A DNA stretch of 44,844 bases from the IMG/VR virus record IMGVR_UViG_3300027772_000952, positions 1 through 44,844 of that record, one strand, 5' to 3'. The position numbers were made by a program, and so were the translations under genes. Source of the DNA: a virus. Its lineage: Duplodnaviria; Caudoviricetes. Each line of letters opens with the position of its first letter. Within the stretch, counting starts at the first letter, position 1. The notes under the pieces are model-generated. The model saw nothing but the letters and a program-made list of their open reading frames with translations. It had not been told where the DNA came from and made no database searches. Of this stretch, positions 18,255-28,765 are shown piece by piece.

Positions 18255-21200
18255 TGCAGTGACTCCACCCGCATCTATACTAGTGATTCCGCCGTATATT
18301 GATGTTGGTGATCCACCATCAAAATTACCAACAGCACCACCTCCTCCGCCGCCCGCATCACCTGGATCCCCTTTAGGTCCTTGACTACCTGTAAACCCAG
18401 TAGCACCTGGTGTGCCCGCACTACCAGTAAAACCTGGTGTACCTACTCCAGATGTTCCAGCCGATCCAGTAAATCCTAGACTACCAACAAACCCTGTAGC
18501 ACCTCTTGATCCAGTAAATCCTGTGCCTGCTGATCCTACAAATCCTACTGATCCTGTAAATCCACGACTGCCTGTAAACCCAACGCCATTACTACCAGTA
18601 AATCCTATAGAGCCTGTGTAACCATCACGACCTATTACTCCGTCTACACCTGCTGATCCAGTATACCCTTCACCAGCAGATCCTGTATATCCTAGTGGCC
18701 CAATTAATCCCTGTGATCCAGTAAATCCTACACCCTGCGATCCAGTAAATCCCAAACTACCTGTATAGCCTAAACTTCCTGTAAATCCTGTGCCGCCTAC
18801 TGATCCAGTATACCCTATACCTTCACTACCTGTGTAACCTATGTCACCTTGACTTCCGTTAAATCCAGTAAAGCCACGTGATCCACTGTAGCCAATGCTG
18901 CCTGTAAATCCAATAGTGCCTTGGCTACCAGTGTAGCCAACAATAGGTCCAACGTCATTCCATGCAGTACCTGTCCAAATATTCAAATGTCCGTTGTCTC
19001 TAGTAATGTATCCGTCACCAATTGATCCGGTATAAGGTATAGGTAAGTTAGCAAATGATGCTACTGATCCTACAATGGTAACACTGGTACCAGGAGTACC
19101 TTGATCACCTTGACTACCAGTATAGCCTATGGACCCAGTAAATCCTACACCCTGCGATCCAGTAAATCCTACACCCTGACTTCCTGTAAATCCTAAGCTA
19201 CCTGCGTATCCAGTTAGGCCTGTAGCACCACGGCTACCAGTGAATCCTGCACCTTGACTTCCAGTATAACCTAATCCTCCTGGTAATCCTGTAGTACCCC
19301 TGCTACCAGTAAATCCTGTACCTTGCGAACCTGTAAAACCTAAATCACCTTGAAGACCTTGAGTTCCACGTGATCCAGTAAATCCTGCACCTTGACTACC
19401 AGTGTATCCTAAACTGCCTGTATATCCGGCACTACCAGTAAATCCTGCACCTTGACTGCCAGTGTATCCTAAACTGCCTGTATGTCCGGCACTACCTACA
19501 AATCCACGTGATCCTGTAAAGCCTATACTACCTGTGTAACCTAACCCGCCTATACTACCTGTGAATCCTGCACCTTGACTTCCTGTAAATCCAATACCGC
19601 CAGGCAGTCCTGTGGTGCCTTTGCTGCCAGTAAATCCAACAGACCCAGTATACCCTAAGTCGCCTGACGGTCCTGCTACTGTACTTGCTGATCCAGTATA
19701 CCCTATAGGACCTGGGGCTGTACTTTGCGAGCCTGTGAAGCCAGCTGATCCAGTGTAGCCAATTGACCCGAACAATCCTTGTATACCACGTGATCCAGTA
19801 AATCCTACGTCGCCACGGCTTCCTGAAAACCCGATGTCACCACGGCTTCCTGAATAACCAGTAACTCCTGTACTGCCAGTAAATCCTGTTAGGCCAATTG
19901 GACCTTGGCTTCCAGAATAACCAAGTGAACCAGTATTTCCTTGACTGCCAACAAAGCCAGTATTTCCTTGACTGCCAACAAATCCTACCACACCTCTTAA
20001 TCCAGCACTGCCAGTATACCCTAGTGATCCAGCACTGCCAGTATAACCTAGTGATCCAGCACTGCCAGTATATCCTATATCACCTGCTAGTCCAGTAGTG
20101 CCTCGTGATCCTGTAAATCCTGCACCTTGACTACCTTGAACTCCTCGACTGCCTGTAAATCCAACACTGCCAGTATAGCCTTGACTGCCTGTATAACCTA
20201 TATTTCCTTGACTACCTGTATAGCCTAGTGCGGCAAATTCTCCTGGTATGCCTTGCGACCCAGTATACCCTAGTGAACCCACAAATCCTTGTGATCCTGT
20301 ATATCCTAATGCTGCAAATGCGCCGGAAGGACCTTGGCTTCCAGTAAAGCCAGTTATACCACGCGAGCCTATAAATCCAGTAACGCCCTGACTACCTGTA
20401 AAGCCGCCAGCAGGACCTTGTGGACCTTCATTACCTTGACTACCAGTATAACCTATCACACCTTGATCACCAATAGGTCCCTGGTCACCAATAGGTCCCT
20501 GGTCACCTTGGGAACCTTTTGATCCTGTATAACCTAGCGGTCCAATTTCTCCAGTTTCACCAATAGGTCCTTGGCTTCCTGAATATCCGCGTGATCCTGA
20601 GTAACCTAAACTTCCAATTAAACCTTGATTGCCGGTATCACCTTTGCTGCCTGTGAAGCCAGCTGATCCAGTGTAGCCAATTGACCCGGACAATCCTTGT
20701 ATACCACGTGATCCAGTGTATCCTATATTGCCTTGACTGCCTGTGTACCCAACTGAGCCAGCATCACCTTGACTGCCTGTGTACCCAACTGAGCCAGCAT
20801 CACCTTGACTGCCTGTATAACCTATATTTCCTTGACTACCTGTAAATCCTAGTGCTGCATACGCACCTGGAATACCTTGACTACCTGTGTACCCTATATC
20901 TCCTTGACTACCAACAAATCCTTCAGAGCCTGCAAAGCCACGTGACCCTGTATAGCCTATTGAGCCAACATAACCTAATGATCCTGTATACCCAGTCTCT
21001 CCCTGACTTCCGCTAAATCCTCTACTACCTGTAAATCCTAAACTACCTGTAAATCCTTTGCCACTTCCTACTGGAGTTAATACCACACTTAACGTAAATG
21101 TAGCACTGCTGCTCTGCGGCACTGCATCTGTTACACTTACTGTATAAACAGTACTAGTAGATAATACAGTAGGTTGTCCGCTGATAAATCCTGAAGTTGT

Positions 21201-24200
21201 ATCAAATGATAGTCCTGCAGGCAATACAGGACTAATAGCATATGCAAGTGTACCAAATCCACCGCTGGCTATAACAGGCTGTACGTTTGAATCACTGTTG
21301 ATTTCTAATATTTGACTGTTGTTCTGAGCAGATGCTATCAGTGCCGGTGGACTTACATCATTAACTGCTATACTAATTATTTTCGATGTTGTTACTGATA
21401 CTGTGTCAGTAACTGTTATTACAAAGTTAGCAGCAGGCACGTCATCAGTAGGAGTTCCTGTTATTTGTCCTGTTAATGTGTTAAATGATAATCCTGCAGG
21501 CAATGCGGGACTAATATCAAAAGTCAATAGCCCGGTTCCCCCAACTGCCGTAACAGGACGTGATGGAGTAATTTGTGTGTATACAGCAAATACCAATGTT
21601 GGTGTAACTATTGTTGCAATCAACGGCTGTGCTATCACTGACAATGCAAATGTTTTACTGCTAGTTTGACTTAGTGCATCTGTTACTGTAACAGTAAATG
21701 TTGTGCTAGCTAGTATAGCTACTGGGGTTCCCGATACTGTACCAGTTGATGTATCAAATATCAATCCATTTGGCAATGAAGGACTAATGCCGTAACTTAA
21801 TGTTCCATCACCGTTGGCGCCTGTTACCGGTATAACTGGAGTACTTGCTGTCGCAATAATCAATTCAATTATAGCTTGATTAACTGTAGTTGTTACTGCT
21901 GGTGGATTTTCTATAGTTAAACTAAATGTAGCATTTGCTGATGTACCAACACTGTCAGTAGCAGTTACAGTGAATGTTGTTGCTGTTAATGCGCTAGCAG
22001 AAGTACCACTAATGTTACCCGACTGCACATTGATAGACATGCTTGACGGCAATGCAGGACTAATACTGTAGGTTATCGGAGCAATGCCGCCCGTTGCACC
22101 TACTGGTTTAAAATTAGCAGTAGGTTTGCTCTTAGTAGCTGTCTTTGTGGCTATCAACTGTGTAGCTACAACTGGAGGATTAGTTAGTATTAGAGTAAAT
22201 GACTTACTACTAGATTGTCCTAACGAGTCAGTGGCTGTTACTGTAAAACTTTGATTAATTAACTGTGAACCAGTACCAGTTACTTTGCCATTGACTGAAC
22301 TAAATGAAAGTCCTGCAGGTAAACTTGGGCTAATAGCAAAGTTAATAGATCCATATCCGCCACTAGCACTTACAGGAGCAAGATTCAACGTGTCAGCTAC
22401 TCTATAATTGCTAACAGTGGCTGACACTAGTGTAGTTGTAATTGCAGGAGTATCAGCTACTGTTAATTTAAATGTAGCACTGGCAGTTTGTGAAATGCTA
22501 TCAGTGACTGTAACTGTATAGGTATACTCGGATAGTAAACTAGTAGGAGTTCCTGTTATCTGTCCTGTTGCCGTACTAAATGTTAATCCAGACGGCAGTG
22601 TAGGGTCTACACTGTAGGTGTAGACTGTTGATCCGCCACTAGCTGTTACAGGAGTAAATGGTGTAGCTACTACTGATTTGATTAACGATGTTGCAGGCAC
22701 TGCTTGTTGAGCTTGCAGTGGAGGAGTGTTGATTGTTAGATCAAATGTCTTGCTACTAGTCTGGCTTGCTTGATCGTTTACTGTAACCGTGTATGTTGTA
22801 CTAGAAATGTACTGCGTTGGTGTGCCTGTTATCTGTCCAGTAGCTGTGTTGAATGTTAGTCCAGATGCTAGTGCAGGACTAACTGCGTATGTTAGTGTGC
22901 CAAAACCACCTGTTGTGGTAATAGGAATAAATGGTGTAGCAGGTTGATTCTGTACAAGAGTTTTGTTTCCAATTGTCTGCGATGTTAGCAACGGTGGAGG
23001 ATCAATAGTCAGTGTAAAAGACTTATTACTTGTTTGACTTGATTGATCCGTTACCGTAACTGTATAACTTGTTGGACTTCCTACTACTGTAGGTATTCCA
23101 CTTATTAGTCCACTTGTAGTATTAAATGTAAGCCCTGTAGGAATAGTAGGGGTAATTGCGTAAGTTAATGTTCCATCACCACCACTACCGGTTACAGGTG
23201 TAAATGCTGTAATGGTCGTACGTTGTATAACAGTTCTGCTGGCAATTGTCTGTGTTGTTATTAGTACTGCAGGAGTTACTATAACAGTAAATGTCTTACT
23301 AGTAGTTTGGCTAGCTTGATCTGTGACGGTAACTGTGTAAGTTGTTAAATTACTAACGGCACTAGGTGTTCCACTTACTAATCCGCTTGCGGTATTAAAT
23401 GTAAGTCCAGCGGGTAATGCAGGGGTAATTGCATACGTTAATGTATTATATCCACCACTAGCACTAACAGGAGTTACCGCAGTGATAGCTGTATTCTTAG
23501 TAAAAGAATTTGCACTAGATAACACTGTAGAGTTTAATGCAGGTAAAAGATTTACAGTTAGACTAAAGGTCTTTGCGCTAGTCTGTGAAGGTGTGTTACT
23601 ATCTAAAACAGTTATAGTGTATGTTGTCTGAGAACTAGCAGATGTAGCTGTTCCTGATATTTCTCCAGTAGCTGTACTTAATGACAGTCCACTGGGTAGT
23701 ATTGGACTGATAGCATAGGATAATGTTCCAACACCACCTGTAGCAGTCACAGGAGTAAACGCTGCTGACGCTATAGTTTGTGTTAGTGTTTTAGTAGCAA
23801 CAGCTACCACTGTTATTAGTTCAGGCGCAGTTATAGTTAAACTAAATGTCTTACTAGATTGTGATCCACTAGCATCTGTAGCTGTTACTGTAAAATTACT
23901 AGCAGCAATAAATGTTGTGGGAGTTCCTGTTATTGCTCCTGTTGATGTACTGAATGATAATCCTGCAGGCAGTGCAGGGCTAACTGCAAATGTTATAGGA
24001 GCTGTACCACCTTGTGCTGTTACTGGTGTAAATGCAGCTACTGCTACATTCTGTACTAGCGTTTTACTAGCCACTGCTAGTGTGCTAGATAATTCAGCAA
24101 CAACACTGCCTATTACTTCTAGATTAAATGTGTTAGTAGCTGTCTGTCCGCTGGCATCTGTAAATGTTACTACATATGAATTAACTGCAGATGCAACTGA

Positions 24201-24980
24201 GGGTGTTCCAGAAATAATAATATCAACATAGTTGTACCAATAGTTTACTCCGTCACCACCTGTGATTGATCGTATACCTGCATCAGAGATTGTTGTGGCA
24301 GCTCCAGTGTCCCATGCAACTTGTCCAGCAGGATTAGCACCGCCACTTGAACTAGGATTAGCATTGTACTTTAGAGTAATAGTAGTAGGTGTTGCTGCTG
24401 TACATTGCCATACACCATTGTATGATGTTTTAGTTTGACCACGTACTGAATAGAAACTGCCCACTACAGGTGCTGTGCCACTACTTGATGCTATAGTATA
24501 AGTAGCGGACCATGTTGTTCCGGACCCACTAACTGTAGGAGCGGCACCCGCTACATTTAAATTAACTTTAGATTTTTTAAGTGTTAGGCCAGCTGGTAGT
24601 GCAGGGCTAATAGTTACGTTTAGTATTTGATTTGCAACGCCTGCACCACCATATGCATATAGCGGATTAAAAGATATTGCAGTACCTTGTGCGGCACTGA
24701 GTGTAGAATTACCTGGAGTATAGGTTGCTGCTGTAATACTAGGAGCAACAGGAGGTGTGGCTAGACCTGGGAAGACGCTGCCAATTGATCCAACAAATGA
24801 TTTAGTTGCATCATAGCTAGATAAAGTAATCTTACCTGCTGATAGTCCTGAACCTAATACACCAGCTCTTGCTGATCCGTTTTGATTAACATAGATATCC
24901 TGTGCGCCAAAATAGTTATCTGTGACTACTGTGGCTGGTGCTGGCTGTGCTGCTGGAGATGAATAGTAATAAATTGTCAC
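18252..24980 (-). CDS. giant fibre protein: 12 putative-Ig (He_PIG-type) domains plus about 900 aa of collagen-like G[YF]TGS repeats
   Basis: Twelve units of about 90 aa (LP-x-GL-x-F-x3-TG-x-I-x-GTP...TVT-x-TD), then a Gly-X-Y tract; C-terminal FDGG...IDAGG; GTG start. Confidence 0.88.
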   Translation of the reverse strand: MTIYYYSSPAAQPAPATVVTDNYFGAQDIYVNQNGSARAGVLGSGLSAGKITLSSYDATKSFVGSIGSVFPGLATPPVAPSITAATYTPGNSTLSAAQGTAISFNPLYAYGGAGVANQILNVTISPALPAGLTLKKSKVNLNVAGAAPTVSGSGTTWSATYTIASSSGTAPVVGSFYSVRGQTKTSYNGVWQCTAATPTTITLKYNANPSSSGGANPAGQVAWDTGAATTISDAGIRSITGGDGVNYWYNYVDIIISGTPSVASAVNSYVVTFTDASGQTATNTFNLEVIGSVVAELSSTLAVASKTLVQNVAVAAFTPVTAQGGTAPITFAVSPALPAGLSFSTSTGAITGTPTTFIAASNFTVTATDASGSQSSKTFSLTITAPELITVVAVATKTLTQTIASAAFTPVTATGGVGTLSYAISPILPSGLSLSTATGEISGTATSASSQTTYTITVLDSNTPSQTSAKTFSLTVNLLPALNSTVLSSANSFTKNTAITAVTPVSASGGYNTLTYAITPALPAGLTFNTASGLVSGTPSAVSNLTTYTVTVTDQASQTTSKTFTVIVTPAVLITTQTIASRTVIQRTTITAFTPVTGSGGDGTLTYAITPTIPTGLTFNTTSGLISGIPTVVGSPTSYTVTVTDQSSQTSNKSFTLTIDPPPLLTSQTIGNKTLVQNQPATPFIPITTTGGFGTLTYAVSPALASGLTFNTATGQITGTPTQYISSTTYTVTVNDQASQTSSKTFDLTINTPPLQAQQAVPATSLIKSVVATPFTPVTASGGSTVYTYSVDPTLPSGLTFSTATGQITGTPTSLLSEYTYTVTVTDSISQTASATFKLTVADTPAITTTLVSATVSNYRVADTLNLAPVSASGGYGSINFAISPSLPAGLSFSSVNGKVTGTGSQLINQSFTVTATDSLGQSSSKSFTLILTNPPVVATQLIATKTATKSKPTANFKPVGATGGIAPITYSISPALPSSMSINVQSGNISGTSASALTATTFTVTATDSVGTSANATFSLTIENPPAVTTTVNQAIIELIIATASTPVIPVTGANGDGTLSYGISPSLPNGLIFDTSTGTVSGTPVAILASTTFTVTVTDALSQTSSKTFALSVIAQPLIATIVTPTLVFAVYTQITPSRPVTAVGGTGLLTFDISPALPAGLSFNTLTGQITGTPTDDVPAANFVITVTDTVSVTTSKIISIAVNDVSPPALIASAQNNSQILEINSDSNVQPVIASGGFGTLAYAISPVLPAGLSFDTTSGFISGQPTVLSTSTVYTVSVTDAVPQSSSATFTLSVVLTPVGSGKGFTGSLGFTGSRGFSGSQGETGYTGSLGYVGSIGYTGSRGFAGSEGFVGSQGDIGYTGSQGIPGAYAALGFTGSQGNIGYTGSQGDAGSVGYTGSQGDAGSVGYTGSQGNIGYTGSRGIQGLSGSIGYTGSAGFTGSKGDTGNQGLIGSLGYSGSRGYSGSQGPIGETGEIGPLGYTGSKGSQGDQGPIGDQGPIGDQGVIGYTGSQGNEGPQGPAGGFTGSQGVTGFIGSRGITGFTGSQGPSGAFAALGYTGSQGFVGSLGYTGSQGIPGEFAALGYTGSQGNIGYTGSQGYTGSVGFTGSRGVQGSQGAGFTGSRGTTGLAGDIGYTGSAGSLGYTGSAGSLGYTGSAGLRGVVGFVGSQGNTGFVGSQGNTGSLGYSGSQGPIGLTGFTGSTGVTGYSGSRGDIGFSGSRGDVGFTGSRGIQGLFGSIGYTGSAGFTGSQSTAPGPIGYTGSASTVAGPSGDLGYTGSVGFTGSKGTTGLPGGIGFTGSQGAGFTGSIGGLGYTGSIGFTGSRGFVGSAGHTGSLGYTGSQGAGFTGSAGYTGSLGYTGSQGAGFTGSRGTQGLQGDLGFTGSQGTGFTGSRGTTGLPGGLGYTGSQGAGFTGSRGATGLTGYAGSLGFTGSQGVGFTGSQGVGFTGSIGYTGSQGDQGTPGTSVTIVGSVASFANLPIPYTGSIGDGYITRDNGHLNIWTGTAWNDVGPIVGYTGSQGTIGFTGSIGYSGSRGFTGFNGSQGDIGYTGSEGIGYTGSVGGTGFTGSLGYTGSLGFTGSQGVGFTGSQGLIGPLGYTGSAGEGYTGSAGVDGVIGRDGYTGSIGFTGSNGVGFTGSRGFTGSVGFVGSAGTGFTGSRGATGFVGSLGFTGSAGTSGVGTPGFTGSAGTPGATGFTGSQGPKGDPGDAGGGGGGAVGNFDGGSPTSIYGGITSIDAGGVTA

Positions 24981-24984
24981 TCTA

Positions 24985-24990
24985 TATTTA
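24985..24990 (-). promoter_or_regulatory. late-type promoter TAAATA (leaderless)
   Basis: TAAATA-TAGA-GTG with no Shine-Dalgarno. Confidence 0.6.
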
Positions 24991-25007
24991 ACCTAGTATC
25001 TTTTAGA

Positions 25008-26999
25008 TTAGGCCCTCACTGTTAAGTCTAACAAATCGTAGTAGCCTAGACCTGTGTCGTAAGAGATGTAGATAGCAGCATTAACATCATCGTAATAATA
25101 ATCTCCTGGTTTTAAATCACTTAGGCTTAACCCGTTGGCAGCATCTGCATTTGTGTACATTCTTGATGCTGCTGATATCTGTGTTGATCCATCTGGAAAT
25201 GTTAGCAGTCCATCTGCGCCTATTGTTATGTTTGCAAAGCTAACACTGCTGGCAATGTTTAAGTCTTGATCGGCTCCTGGACCTGCTGACCCAGTATAAC
25301 CTACACTACCATTGTAGCCGATGACACCGTCAACGCCTTTGCTACCAGTATACCCTGCAACACCGTCAACGCCTTTGCTACCAGTATAGCCTAATGAACC
25401 ACTGTAACCAACAACACCCTGTGATCCTGTATAACCTATACTGCCAGTATAACCATTCAATACAGTTCCATTTGGGCTAATAAACTGTATGTTGTTTTGA
25501 GCATCAACTGTGATAGAAACAGTGCCAACTTTAATAGAATCAACAACAATACCTTGCGGAGATCCTGATGATGTGGTAACTGTTAACTTTCCTGAGTTAT
25601 CAACAGATAGCAGTGTGCCGCCTAGATCAATAGTCTGTCCTGCTATGTATAACTTGCCAAATCTATTAGTAGGGGATCCTAAGTCTTGTAGTCCGTTAGT
25701 TTCTGGAATAAACTTAAATCCGGACGATAATGTTACGGTATTGGTAGCATTAGTAGTAAGTCCTTCACCAAAGCTTCCAGTATAACCTATGTCACCCTGA
25801 CTACCTGCAAATCCTCTTGATCCAGTAAATCCATCTTCACCTCTTGATCCAGTATATCCAATATTGCCTTGACTTCCGGTATATCCAATATCTCCTCGAC
25901 TTCCAGTATATCCAATATCGCCTTGACTTCCTACAAATCCTGCACTTCCAGAGTATCCACGACTACCTGCATATCCCTCGCTACCTGCATAACCGCGGCT
26001 ACCTGTGTAGCCTAGTGATCCACTATAACCTTGACTGCCATCATAGCCTTGACTACCTACATATCCAGTATCTCCAAATGATCCAGTAAATCCATTTTCA
26101 CCTCTTGATCCAGTGTAGCCGGTGTTACCAAATGATCCAGTAAAACCTTTGCTTCCGTGAAATCCAATACTGCCGGTATATCCTATATCGCCTTTTGATC
26201 CAGTATATCCTATATCGCCTATACTACCAGCATAACCCTTATCACCTATACTACCCACAAAGCCTGTAGGTCCACGCTCCCCATCACGGCCCTGACTACC
26301 TGTAAATCCTTTATCACCGTTGCTTCCAGTATATCCTTGATCTCCAAATGATCCTGTAAAACCTGCTTCACCTTTATCACCTTGTGATCCTACATATCCT
26401 GTGCTTCCTAAAAATCCACGGCTACCAACAAGACCAACTTCACCTTTTGATCCGGTAAAACCTACAATGCCTTGCGATCCAGTGTAGCCAATATCACCTC
26501 TTGAACCAGTGTAACCTGTATCCCCAACGTCTCCACGACTGCCTACAAATCCTACACTACCTCTTGCGCCGATATCGCCCTGGTCGCCTTGAATGCCGCG
26601 GCTACCTGTATAACCTATACTACCTTGTATACCCTGTTCACCTGTATTTCCTGTTGATCCAGTATATCCTGTATCGCCTTGAATACCTTTTTGCCCTGTG
26701 GCCCCTGTGGCACCATGACTGCCAGTATATCCTAACTCGCCTTGGATGCCTTTACTGCCTGTGTATCCTAAAAAACCAAAGTCACCTTGACTACCTACAA
26801 ATCCAGGTTGACCTTGGCTACCTACAAATCCGCGTGGTCCGGATCCTGAACTGTTAATAGGATTTCCACCAGGTGTGACGCCATCACTTAGGCGTAATTC
26901 CCCAGTGTCTACGTTAAAAAAGATTGTTCCCGGTTCGCCTACAAACTGTTCAAAGTCAAATTTGACTAGGCCGGCGGAGATTTTACGGAGATCTGACAC
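25008..26999 (-). CDS. collagen-like fibre protein (663 aa)
   Basis: GEPGTIFFNVDTGELRLSDGVTPGG N-terminal module; long nearly uninterrupted Gly-X-Y tract; DLGSPTNRFGKLY fibre motif; AAGGA RBS, GTG start. Confidence 0.85.
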   Translation of the reverse strand: MSDLRKISAGLVKFDFEQFVGEPGTIFFNVDTGELRLSDGVTPGGNPINSSGSGPRGFVGSQGQPGFVGSQGDFGFLGYTGSKGIQGELGYTGSHGATGATGQKGIQGDTGYTGSTGNTGEQGIQGSIGYTGSRGIQGDQGDIGARGSVGFVGSRGDVGDTGYTGSRGDIGYTGSQGIVGFTGSKGEVGLVGSRGFLGSTGYVGSQGDKGEAGFTGSFGDQGYTGSNGDKGFTGSQGRDGERGPTGFVGSIGDKGYAGSIGDIGYTGSKGDIGYTGSIGFHGSKGFTGSFGNTGYTGSRGENGFTGSFGDTGYVGSQGYDGSQGYSGSLGYTGSRGYAGSEGYAGSRGYSGSAGFVGSQGDIGYTGSRGDIGYTGSQGNIGYTGSRGEDGFTGSRGFAGSQGDIGYTGSFGEGLTTNATNTVTLSSGFKFIPETNGLQDLGSPTNRFGKLYIAGQTIDLGGTLLSVDNSGKLTVTTSSGSPQGIVVDSIKVGTVSITVDAQNNIQFISPNGTVLNGYTGSIGYTGSQGVVGYSGSLGYTGSKGVDGVAGYTGSKGVDGVIGYNGSVGYTGSAGPGADQDLNIASSVSFANITIGADGLLTFPDGSTQISAASRMYTNADAANGLSLSDLKPGDYYYDDVNAAIYISYDTGLGYYDLLDLTVRA

Positions 27000-27019
27000 A
27001 CTAAATCCTTAATTTAGTG

Positions 27020-27025
27020 TATTTA
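27020..27025 (-). promoter_or_regulatory. late-type promoter TAAATA
   Basis: Intergenic, 20 nt upstream of GTG 26999. Confidence 0.6.
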
Positions 27026-27045
27026 CCCAAATTTCGTAGAGTAAA

Positions 27046-27306
27046 TTATCTGCTGTGTATTGGATTTTGCGGATCGTGTTCTACTTCGTCTTGTGTAAGG
27101 TCTTTAATAATAGGACTTACTTTGCCCGCTTCTGCTTTTTTAAGCTCGATATCTTGTTGCAGAGGAGTTACCATAACTGGATTAGGGTCTAGATCGCTTG
27201 GATCTTTAGGTTCTTCATCAGTACCTGGCATGTCAATTTCTGGATCTCCGTCGCCGTTGATCTTAATAGTAATAGGTACGTTAATAACAAATTCTCTAGC
27301 TCTCAT
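27046..27306 (-). CDS. hypothetical acidic late protein (possible capsid-internal protein)
   Basis: GGAG RBS; N-terminus MRAREFVI. Confidence 0.7.
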   Translation of the reverse strand: MRAREFVINVPITIKINGDGDPEIDMPGTDEEPKDPSDLDPNPVMVTPLQQDIELKKAEAGKVSPIIKDLTQDEVEHDPQNPIHSR

Positions 27307-27324
27307 TTATTTCTCCGCATAGAA

Positions 27325-27339
27325 TATTTAGCGTAAATA
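27325..27339. promoter_or_regulatory. back-to-back divergent late-type promoters
   Basis: TATTTA-GCG-TAAATA perfect inverted repeat between divergent genes starting at 27306(-) and 27346(+). Confidence 0.65.
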
Positions 27340-27345
27340 CAGCCT

Positions 27346-28545
27346 ATGATAGATAAAACTCCCTTTGAAACTCTAATAGCAGATCTTAAAGCCAACGGCA
27401 AATATCGTGTGTTTAACGATATTCTGCGTGAAAACGGCAAGTTCCCTAGGGCCATTTGGTATGGACCGTATGCTATTAAAAACATTGTAAACTGGTGTAG
27501 CAACGACTACTTGGGCATGGGTCAGCATAAGGTTGTTATAGATGCCATGCGTACGGCATTAGATATGACTGGAGCAGGATCAGGCGGTACTCGCAACATT
27601 GCAGGTACCAGTCACTATCACGTGGCACTTGAGCACGAGCTTGCAACCCTACACAAGAAAGAAAAGGCATTGCTATTCTCAAGTGCTTATGTAGCCAACG
27701 AGTGGACATTAATTGCACTGGCCAAGATTATTCCCAACATTGAATATATCAGTGACAGTAATAATCATAACTCAATCATTGTGGGCATACAGCACAGTCG
27801 TGCTAACAAACAGGTCTTCCGTCACAACGATATGCAGAACTTAGAAGAGTGCCTACAGGCTGCACAACTATGCGGCAAGACTCCTTGTATTGTATTTGAG
27901 TCAGTGTACTCAATGGACGGTGATGTGGGTATGATCCGAGAGATATGTGACCTTGCTGACAAGTACGGTGCTATAACTTACATTGACGAAGTACATGCTG
28001 TTGGCCTATACGGTGCAACAGGTGCAGGCAAAGTTGAGCATCACGGACTACAAGATCGTGTTGATATAATCAACGGTACACTTGGTAAAGCATTTGGAGT
28101 ACAGGGTGGATACATTGCCTGTGACTCAGTGGTAGTTGATGCTATCCGTAGTATTGCTGCTGGCTTTATCTTTACAACATCTATGAGTCCCGTGACCTGT
28201 GCTGGTGCCCTGGCTGCTGTCAAATACCTAAAGAGTCACGGAGAACTACGTGAGCAACATCAAGATCGTGCTCGCAAGCTAAAGTATAGATTGATTAAAG
28301 CTGGCATACCCGTTATGGCGTGTTCAACTACCCACATTGTACCTGTGCTGGTTGGAGATGCTAAACGTGCTAAGGCTATGAGTGATGCACTAATGAATGA
28401 CCACAACATCTATGTGCAGGCCATCAACTATCCCACAGTAGATGTGGGAACGGAGAGGTTGCGATTTGCTCCCACTCCGTTTCACGATGATGGTATGATT
28501 GAGGATCTTGTTCAAGCCCTCGTCACTGTGTTTAACACATACTAA
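27346..28545 (+). CDS. hemA: 5-aminolevulinate synthase (PLP-dependent, C4/Shemin pathway)
   Basis: [40 protein letters not shown] (PLP lysine), [16 protein letters not shown]-x2-GTERLR; these are ALAS-specific rather than BioF/Kbl. Confidence 0.95.
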   Translation: MIDKTPFETLIADLKANGKYRVFNDILRENGKFPRAIWYGPYAIKNIVNWCSNDYLGMGQHKVVIDAMRTALDMTGAGSGGTRNIAGTSHYHVALEHELATLHKKEKALLFSSAYVANEWTLIALAKIIPNIEYISDSNNHNSIIVGIQHSRANKQVFRHNDMQNLEECLQAAQLCGKTPCIVFESVYSMDGDVGMIREICDLADKYGAITYIDEVHAVGLYGATGAGKVEHHGLQDRVDIINGTLGKAFGVQGGYIACDSVVVDAIRSIAAGFIFTTSMSPVTCAGALAAVKYLKSHGELREQHQDRARKLKYRLIKAGIPVMACSTTHIVPVLVGDAKRAKAMSDALMNDHNIYVQAINYPTVDVGTERLRFAPTPFHDDGMIEDLVQALVTVFNTY

Positions 28546-28765
28546 GAACTTGTGTAACACCAAACACCAGTGCTGCCCTAAGTTGCAAGTCAGCACCAGC
28601 AGCTTCTAGCTTTTCAGTGTTGATCAAATCTTCAAGTAAAGCGCGAGCTTCGTCTTGTGTGATTTGATTGTTCTGCAGAGCTTCTGCAATGGTCAGTGCA
28701 TATTGAGCACGTTCAGCTGCCCAAGGTTGTCCTGAGTTGATTACTTCGTGTAATACGTTGCTCAT
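28532..28765 (-). CDS. hypothetical protein (77 aa)
   Basis: AGGAG RBS; last gene of the late operon; 3' end overlaps hemA by 14 nt. Confidence 0.7.
   Translation of the reverse strand: MSNVLHEVINSGQPWAAERAQYALTIAEALQNNQITQDEARALLEDLINTEKLEAAGADLQLRAALVFGVTQVLSMC

Noticed and set aside
18330-21060. Dense short DNA repeats (gatccagta/cctgtaaatcc) suggesting a CRISPR array or satellite
   Set aside because: They vary at third codon positions, have no constant repeat-spacer period and are fully explained by G[YF]TGS coding
14598-26857. Plus-strand ORFs over the collagen and Ig genes (e.g. 18412-18621, 19898-20098, 23917-24231, 26501-26857)
   Set aside because: Antisense shadows of repetitive sense-strand genes
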